Position numbers and translations under genes: made by a program
Assembly (NCBI RefSeq): GCF_037902255.1
Contig: NZ_CP147990.1
Location: 1,800,001-1,832,000 of the forward strand
DNA from: Candidatus Electrothrix sp. GW3-4
Lineage (GTDB): Bacteria > Desulfobacterota > Desulfobulbia > Desulfobulbales > Desulfobulbaceae
DNA: 32,000 nucleotides
Direction of reading: 5' to 3'
The notes under the pieces: generated by a model
Told to the model about the DNA's origin: nothing
What the model saw: only the letters and a program-made list of their open reading frames with translations
Databases searched by the model: none
In this document: one piece after another, positions 26,405 through 32,000 of the stretch
Layout of the letters: each line of letters begins with the position of its first letter
Numbering within the stretch: position 1 is the stretch's first letter

Positions 26405-28263
26405 GGCATGCTTCATATCCACCCAAAAGTAGTTGACACTTTTTTTTAATACAATGCGGCGAAGACGCACCAATACATATCACCGCTGTCACTTTCTCAG
26501 AGTTGATTAACGGCTTCTTAACTGAAGATCAGGAACCGTTGATGTATAATTTCAGGCCGCTGCCGAGAAAAATAGAGGGTCTTTTTCCTCAATCAGGTCA
26601 AATAGCAGCTCAGTCCAGTCTTTTTCCTGCTTTTTACCCGTCAAAATCTCCATCGGTGTTTTCTTGACTCGTTTTCCCGCACGGTATCGCCTGTTATTAT
26701 GATAAAATGCGATCAGATTCAAGGTGTTCTGGTTCACCTGTCCCCGTGAGGTATTCAGATACGGACGAATGACGGAGTTGATACATTCGACCATGGCCGA
26801 ACTCTGTACAATTGTGTCCAACTCGTTGTATACACGATCTTTGATAATTTCAAAATCTTCCTGAAGATACCCTACGGCGAATTCAAGATGCCTCTGTTCT
26901 CTGTCCGCGCATCTCTTACGGCGATCCGCCTTTTTTGCTTTGATCACTGCTTTATGATGCTGCCATGCCGAACAGAGCGACGACAGCGCGTTATGATTGA
27001 TCGGCAATTTTTCGAGTTCTTCCCTGACCTCGAGGGCTACAACGAAATAATTCAGAAGATTCGGCAGGATATTTTTTATTCCGTCGATTGCTTTGTTGAT
27101 TTTTTCATTGCCGAGAGTTTCAATCATCTCAAGAGCTGCCTGAATGTTGCCTTCCGCCTGCTGACGATTCCGCAGTTGGCCGTCGCAGCAGAACGGGTTC
27201 AATTCATTGATAATACATCGGTATAGATAAAAAAAGTTATCATACAGCGCCACGGCCTTCCGCGCTTCGCTGCGTGCTTTTTCATAGAGTTCGGTTCGTT
27301 TGCGGATAACCGCCTTCGTTCGTGCAGAAGCAATTTTTCCTTCGCGGTTATACTCCTCCGTAATAGCTTTATAAGCCGATTTTTCTAGTTGTTCCAACCG
27401 ACTTCCGAGACGATATGCAACAGCGTGAAAAGTGTCTGGCTGCCTCATGATGACACCTGAAAAAAGTTCATCGTGAGCCGCGCACAGCCCGGATCCTTCA
27501 TCGGTGACGAGATAAATCGCCTCAATTCCATTATTTTCAAGGCAGATCCAATGCTTTTTCCATTCTTCAGCACGTCGTTTTTCGGCGAGTTCTATCTTTA
27601 AAATCGCGGAGCTGATCGGATCGACAGTGATTAGAATAGGTACACCGCCGGAAAAGATTTCATCGCTCAGAAAGACAACCCGCAAATCATTGTCTTCAAG
27701 CCTCAGCTCAGGGGGAACAAGCGAGCCTATATGATTTAAATATGTGCTAACAGTACCTTGAGATGAGAAGCGTAGGCCGATGCGGTTCATTATCGCCACA
27801 ATAGATCCGATACCGCATTTCCCCTCAAGTCGTAATGAAGCTATCATTTCAACAGCTTCTCTTTTGTTTTCAGTATCGGCAGGTTGAACGGGCGGTCCGA
27901 GCGCAAGTTCAACAATTTCCTCGAAAACCGCCAAGGTGTCATAGATAAACGTCCTGGAAACATTGTAATATTTCGATAATGCGGTTACCGTGCCCCATAG
28001 ACCGAAAATTTTAGCGCAATACGCTTCATAAACGATTTGTAGTCGATCGAAAGTTGCTAACTCAGGGCGACGAAGAAATTTATTTCCGAAAATATTGCTC
28101 GCGTTATCGGGGACGGGCACTTGAGGTACGAGAGAAAACATAAGGCGATGTTGGTTCAATTTGGCTGAGGATTATTTGCCATTATAATAGCTGAACCAAG
28201 CAGCTTGTCGCAACTTTATGAATAACTTTCTGTACAAGTGTCAACCCGGATATGAAGGATGCC
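26405..28263 (-). mobile_element. insertion sequence (1859 bp), family not assigned, with an 8-bp target duplication
   Basis: Terminal inverted repeats GGCATGCTTCATATCC / GGCATCCTTCATATCC (15/16), plus an internal GTTGACACTT in both ends. Direct repeats GAAAAATC at 26397-26404 and 28264-28271. One 535-aa transposase ORF. Confidence 0.85.
26552..28159 (-). CDS. transposase (DDE-type, family unassigned)
   Basis: 535 aa. N-terminal HTH-like YYNVSRTFIYDTL, candidate acidic residues in ILITVDPIS and YLVTDEGSG, and a C-terminal MVECINSVIRPYL...LIAFYHNNRRY motif typical of DDE transposases. It is bounded by the IRs above. Confidence 0.8.
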   Translation of the reverse strand: MNQHRLMFSLVPQVPVPDNASNIFGNKFLRRPELATFDRLQIVYEAYCAKIFGLWGTVTALSKYYNVSRTFIYDTLAVFEEIVELALGPPVQPADTENKREAVEMIASLRLEGKCGIGSIVAIMNRIGLRFSSQGTVSTYLNHIGSLVPPELRLEDNDLRVVFLSDEIFSGGVPILITVDPISSAILKIELAEKRRAEEWKKHWICLENNGIEAIYLVTDEGSGLCAAHDELFSGVIMRQPDTFHAVAYRLGSRLEQLEKSAYKAITEEYNREGKIASARTKAVIRKRTELYEKARSEARKAVALYDNFFYLYRCIINELNPFCCDGQLRNRQQAEGNIQAALEMIETLGNEKINKAIDGIKNILPNLLNYFVVALEVREELEKLPINHNALSSLCSAWQHHKAVIKAKKADRRKRCADREQRHLEFAVGYLQEDFEIIKDRVYNELDTIVQSSAMVECINSVIRPYLNTSRGQVNQNTLNLIAFYHNNRRYRAGKRVKKTPMEILTGKKQEKDWTELLFDLIEEKDPLFFSAAA

Positions 28264-28271
28264 GAAAAATC

Positions 28272-28888
28272 CAGAAAATTTTTCAAAGGATGAGCTGAAT
28301 ATTGTGGCTGGCTGGAAGGAGTTTATCCGAGGCGACTTTTTTATCGAACGCTTTCTCAAAAAACACACGATCTTTATTCTGGGTGAGCAGGTTTATGGAG
28401 TGCATGGCCTGTATGACTCTTTTGACGAGATGATTCATCGTTCCCATCTGCCGCTGTTTGTGAACACTGTCCTGCTGCCCTTTAAGGGGAAAATTATTTA
28501 CGACGGCCTGTTGCATGGAAGAAATATCTATTTCGGAGGCGGGGTTAAGCGCGACCTGAAAGAAGTCTATATGCGGGCCAAACAGAATAACCGGATTATT
28601 GTCTCCCTTGCGTCCGATGCGCAGACAACTGACAAGAAAAAAACGGCTATCCCCTCCAAGGACTGGAAACCTGAGTTGGATGAACTTGCCACCAAGGTAA
28701 AAAAATTGCGCAGTGGTGTCACGCAACCGCCTTTGCACAGCCCGGCTTTCAGTCTGGTCAAGGCGAGCGTGGAGCTTGCGCAACTTGCAGTGGAAAAGAG
28801 ACCTGATTTAGATGCTCTTTACAAAGCACTGCGAAAAGTGGACCGGGCTATGGGGAAGGTGGAGACGGTTTTGGATCGGACGGAATAA
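28272..28888 (+). pseudogene. 3' part of the IS-split 272-aa conserved hypothetical gene
   Basis: Continues ...IWKN|PENFSKDELNIVAGWKEFIRGDFFIERFLKK...LLPFKGKIIYDGLL... 202 nt + 617 nt = 819 nt = 273 codons in frame. The IS end plus the duplication fortuitously supplies an ATG at 28259. Confidence 0.75.
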
Positions 28889-28951
28889 TTTTTGCAGATC
28901 TGCGCTCAGTTTTCTTTTCTTGTTGTCCCGGTCTTCCGGGCCGGGATGGTT

Positions 28952-29321
28952 TTAATACTCATAGCCTCGCTGAACCCAGTACTGCCGTCCTCGACAACCT
29001 GCTCGGTTGCACTGTCCGCATCAATAGCAACTAGCTGGGATAAAGGAACAGCCAGCTGGCGCTCCTTCCATTGTATTTTCACAAACAGCTCTTTTTCGCA
29101 TTCCCGGGCCGGTGCCTCGCCGATGACTTTCACCTCCTCATCTACAAGTAGGGGTGAGATCGATCGTTCTGCGATACATCTTGCCCGAAAGGGAAAGTCG
29201 CATTGTTCGGCAAGGTAATAAAACCAGCCCATTGCCCTTTCCTCACGGTCATAGGCATCAACCACCACTTCATAGTCTCAATTCTATGTTCGCGTTCTTC
29301 GTCTTGCTGAACTTGAGACAT
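28952..29321 (-). pseudogene. CcbP-like (Anabaena calcium-binding protein family) gene with two frameshifts
   Basis: Three frames read MSQVQQDEEREHRIET.., then VVDAYDREERAMGWFYYLAEQCDFPF...AVPLSQLVAIDAD, then QYWVQRGYEY-stop. This matches the remembered CcbP pattern (REHRIETEIIVDA..EERAMGWYYYL...DW.YW..RGY.F). Frame offsets of 53 and 314 nt imply two 1-nt deletions, near 29270 and 28975. Confidence 0.7.
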
Positions 29322-29364
29322 GGTACCCCTCCTGTCGTTGTTCACCTGGTTGAAAACCATAACC

Positions 29365-29407
29365 CATTCTTTTTGGAGAATGTAACATATAATCAAATTT
29401 GTCGTAA
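29365..29407 (-). promoter_or_regulatory. second copy of the pspA-type promoter/operator
   Basis: TTACGA (29407-29402), a 17-nt spacer, then TACATT (29384-29379). Palindrome CATTCT-n6-AGAATG at 29365-29382. The whole 29319-29409 stretch aligns with 25926-26016, including the AGGAGGGGTACC-ATG ribosome site. Confidence 0.45.
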
Positions 29408-29668
29408 CTATTTACCGTCGTCTAATCGGGTTAAAAGTCTTGACTTCCACTGCTTCTATAGTCAATACGATTTTGCCATTTCCCGTGAAACATGGTTTTT
29501 TCTCTGTCTTGGTGCTGTAGGTCGTGTTTTTGAAGCAATGAGTAAAAAGTATTCCCCTTTATCCCCTCATTTTTCCATTCTTGTGTTTTCTTGATATCGC
29601 AGTATTTTTTGTGGGTAGATTTTCTCGGATAAAAATCATCTTCTTACCTATTACCGAAGGAATACGCC

Positions 29669-29868
29669 ATGTTTCGTTTCTCCTTTCTTGTTCGGTCGCT
29701 CGGTTGCTTTTCACTCTCGAGTCTACTGGCTCTTTTCTTTCTGCTATCCGCAGATCCAGCTTCTGCCTGTATGCCGACCATCAAATATATGGCGGATACT
29801 ATGGCCCCGCCCAACCCTGTTGCCGGTACCTCTGCCACAGTGACCTACACCGTTTTTAACGAATCAGG
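29669..29868 (+). pseudogene. N-terminal fragment of an exported (possibly lipo-) protein, truncated at the IS66 remnant
   Basis: MFRFSFLVRSLGCFSLSSLLALFFLLSADPASAC (signal peptide with a lipobox-like ASAC), then PNPVAGTSATVTYTVFN. Beyond about 29868 the listed ORF is antisense to IS66 transposase sequence. Confidence 0.3.
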
Positions 29869-30937
29869 CTGCGATGCAAACGGATATAAACTGGCGTTTC
29901 ATTCTGTTCTGCCAGCAACCCCTGAATGTCTGGCCGAGCACATAATCAAGTACTTTTTGGCTGCGAAGGCCAATGATGTAAAAGGTGACTTTCAGCGAGG
30001 TAAAGACCCATAACCATCGTTTTTCGGCCCACTCCTTCCAGGATGTCTCATCCACGAACAGGATCAGTGATTCACGCACCTCCTCAAGAAACTCATCGCT
30101 AAGGGGAGAAACGGCGCGGCCAGCTTCATGGATACATTGATTGATCGTGCCGATGCCCAAATCCAATCGCAGCCAATCTTGCAGAAATTCCCGGATGCGG
30201 CGGCGAGAAAGGCGCATGCGCTTGGAGAGGCACACGATCAGAGCGGTCAATTTTGGGCCGACCATGTGCCATTGGCTTATTTCAACCCCCCAGTCTTCGT
30301 TTTTTTCGAGACGATGGGGCATAAGCCGATTGACATGACCACAGCCGCCGCACGTCGTGTCTCCGTAGATATGCTTGGTGTTGATCACCTCTATTCCCGG
30401 GCCGGTGGCATCGCCCACCTCAATATCAACGACATAATGACCGGTGCGAGCGATGAAGTCGCATGTTTCGTCCAGCTCAAGGTTACAAGCCAAGCAGGTG
30501 TCTGCTTTGTGAATGATGGTGTCGTGTACGGGAAGTTTTTGCGTTCGACCATGCCCGGTGGTGCCGGGTTGCTTGCCGGGTTTGTTGCCCTTGGGGCGAT
30601 CATCAATATTTTTGGGGGAATCCTGCTGGTCGGACTTGTCCGCATCTTCATCATGCTCGACGGACTCCTCGTCAGAATCGTCGAGTTCTATGTGCGTGGC
30701 TTCGACTTGCTCTTCATCCGGTTCCTCCTCGTCGGCTTGAGCGTCGGCATCAAACCGGGCCCAGGGGAAATTTGAGCTGGGAGGCATGGAGCTGTTTTCG
30801 GAATTTTGACCCAGCCGTTCGTGAAGTTCTTTGAGGTCATCAAGTGCGAGCAGGCACAGCTCCTTTGCACTCTTACCGGGCAAGGAGTCAATAAACTGCT
30901 TATCTATTTTTAGCAACTCTTCTCTGGATAGATGCAT
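29864..30937 (-). pseudogene. IS66-family transposase, C-terminally truncated (357 aa)
   Basis: NSENSSMPPSS, an acidic linker, Cys clusters (CLACN...CGGCGH), GPKLTALIVCLS...RLSRRRIREFL and LFVDETSWKE...WLWVFTS are IS66 TnpC hallmarks. The second and third catalytic acidic regions are missing. Confidence 0.8.
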
Positions 30938-31050
30938 GCGAACTCAGAACGTGGATAGATCTCGTAAAAAACGTTGTGACCGTTAAACTATCGTGATCCT
31001 CTTTTTTGTCCAGTTCTTTTTTGTGTGGAATGAGGGGGGTGAACGGTTAC
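29864..31050 (-). mobile_element. IS66-family element remnant (3'-truncated)
   Basis: The upstream end GTAACCGTTCACCCCCC (minus strand from 31050) resembles IS66-type IRs. The transposase ORF stops at about two thirds of family length. No second IR was found. Confidence 0.65.
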
Positions 31051-31089
31051 TCGGTAGCATTTATTCTTTTAATTTAGAGGGAGAATATT

Positions 31090-31650
31090 ATGAAATTAAA
31101 AATCTGTTTGTTTTCTTGTTTTCTTGTTTTCTTGTTTTCAATATCTGCTGGGGCGCAGACCGAGATTAACACACCTGAACCATTTGACAATTACGTATCT
31201 AGTTACAAGCAGCGCTTTAAGGATATTGCAGAAAAATATTCCAAGCTGCAACCAAGCATGGATGTCCTGAAAAGATTCTCAAAAGATCTAAGTAATCTTG
31301 AAGGTGAGTTCCGTAAAGAACGCCGTGAAGATTATCAGACATACCGCTATCGCATTCAGAAGACTCAAAGCTGTACAAATGGTGTAAGTGGAAAGAGGAA
31401 GGTATGTTCGGGACCCAAGATTACCTGTCCACCAGATACAGTTCTGGTGGGCAATGAGTCAGGCGTGAAAGGTGGCGGAACTTATGAGAATGGAAGAACT
31501 ACCAATTCTCTGTCATGGGAAGTTGTCAAAACCGGCAAAGGACGCAACGAGGGAACGGCGACTGTCCATTGCACGTATGATGAAAGATATGTTAGTGTTA
31601 AGGTCGAGGATGAGCTGAAGCGCATAAAAAAACTGGCAGGAGTTGAGTAG
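31090..31650 (+). CDS. secreted hypothetical protein (186 aa)
   Basis: GAGGGAG lies 7 nt upstream of the ATG. Signal peptide MKLKICLFSCFLVFLFSISAGA|QT. The mature part is Cys-containing. A terminator lies downstream. Confidence 0.7.
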   Translation: MKLKICLFSCFLVFLFSISAGAQTEINTPEPFDNYVSSYKQRFKDIAEKYSKLQPSMDVLKRFSKDLSNLEGEFRKERREDYQTYRYRIQKTQSCTNGVSGKRKVCSGPKITCPPDTVLVGNESGVKGGGTYENGRTTNSLSWEVVKTGKGRNEGTATVHCTYDERYVSVKVEDELKRIKKLAGVE

Positions 31651-31668
31651 TAGTCGCAGACCAAACAC

Positions 31669-31720
31669 AAGACAAACCAAGAGCAGTTCTCTGTCCCTCC
31701 CTTGGTTTGTCTTCTTTTTC
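31669..31720 (+). terminator. rho-independent terminator (long loop)
   Basis: AAGACAAACCAAG (31669-31681) / CTTGGTTTGTCTT (31701-31713): a perfect 13-bp stem with a 19-nt loop, followed by CTTTTTC. Confidence 0.55.
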
Positions 31721-31760
31721 TATAATTTCATTGACTAACCCTCCACCCCCCACCTACCGG

Positions 31761-32000
31761 CTGGCCCAGGTCACTGACCCGGAAGGCCATGCGGTCAGCT
31801 ATGCTTATGATGCTGACGGCAACCGCATCAGCAGAACCTCGGCCCTTGGGATCAGCACCCGTTTTGCCTACGATGCCCTGGATCGCCGCATTGCCGTGAT
31901 CCGTAATGCAGACTCGGGCCTGTCCGCAGATCATCAGACCAATGTCCGCACCGAGTACGGCTATGATCTGGCAGGCAACCTGATCCGCCTGACCAATCCC
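31761..32000 (+). CDS. RHS/YD-repeat protein fragment (5'-truncated; runs off the window end)
   Basis: Frame 3 reads LAQVTDPEGHAVSYAYDADGNRISRTSALGISTRFAYDALDRRIAVIRN...TEYGYDLAGNLIRLTNP, which are canonical YD repeats. Homology begins abruptly, mid-repeat, near 31745, with no N-terminal domain or convincing start. Confidence 0.75.
   Translation, partial: MAQVTDPEGHAVSYAYDADGNRISRTSALGISTRFAYDALDRRIAVIRNADSGLSADHQTNVRTEYGYDLAGNLIRLTNP

Noticed and set aside
29142-29396. An 84-aa ORF and the 120-aa ORF at 28906-29268 as two separate genes.
   Set aside because: Together with a third frame they reconstruct one CcbP-like protein, so they are frameshift fragments of a single pseudogene.
31728-31934. 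A 68-aa minus-strand ORF.
   Set aside because: It is antisense to clear YD-repeat coding sequence on the plus strand.

Overview
Bacterial chromosomal window in four zones. (1) 1-6.0 kb is housekeeping: the 3' end of an unknown gene, trmL, serC, an AEC-family transporter, and convergent dnaK-grpE with no hrcA, dnaJ or CIRCE. (2) 6.0-17.5 kb is an accessory zone that looks more AT-rich by eye. It holds a roughly 250-bp array of 21-nt palindromic units and two toxin-antitoxin cassettes (PIN plus small partner; higBA), each bracketed by a conserved ~120-bp repeat. It also holds a structured leader resembling a GEMM-I (c-di-GMP/cGAMP) riboswitch. Downstream lies one large secreted DUF4382-M23 peptidase-golvesin-like-Big_2 gene, reconstructable by hand, broken by three IS insertions: two near-identical IS630 copies at CTAG targets and one IS3-family element. 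A PIN_3 remnant sits between duplicated terminator hairpins. (3) 17.5-26 kb carries pspA followed on the same strand by a 2486-aa, almost entirely transmembrane protein built from repeated ~450-aa modules. This is the most unusual locus in the window. (4) 26-32 kb is a second decay zone. It has a 272-aa gene split by a 1859-bp IS with an 8-bp target duplication, and a CcbP-like gene with two 1-nt deletions whose promoter/leader is a copy of the pspA leader. It also has a truncated IS66-family element, a small secreted protein and a 5'-truncated RHS/YD-repeat fragment running off the window. No rRNA, tRNA or CRISPR was seen. All family assignments come from recognising the translated sequences by eye; no searches were run.
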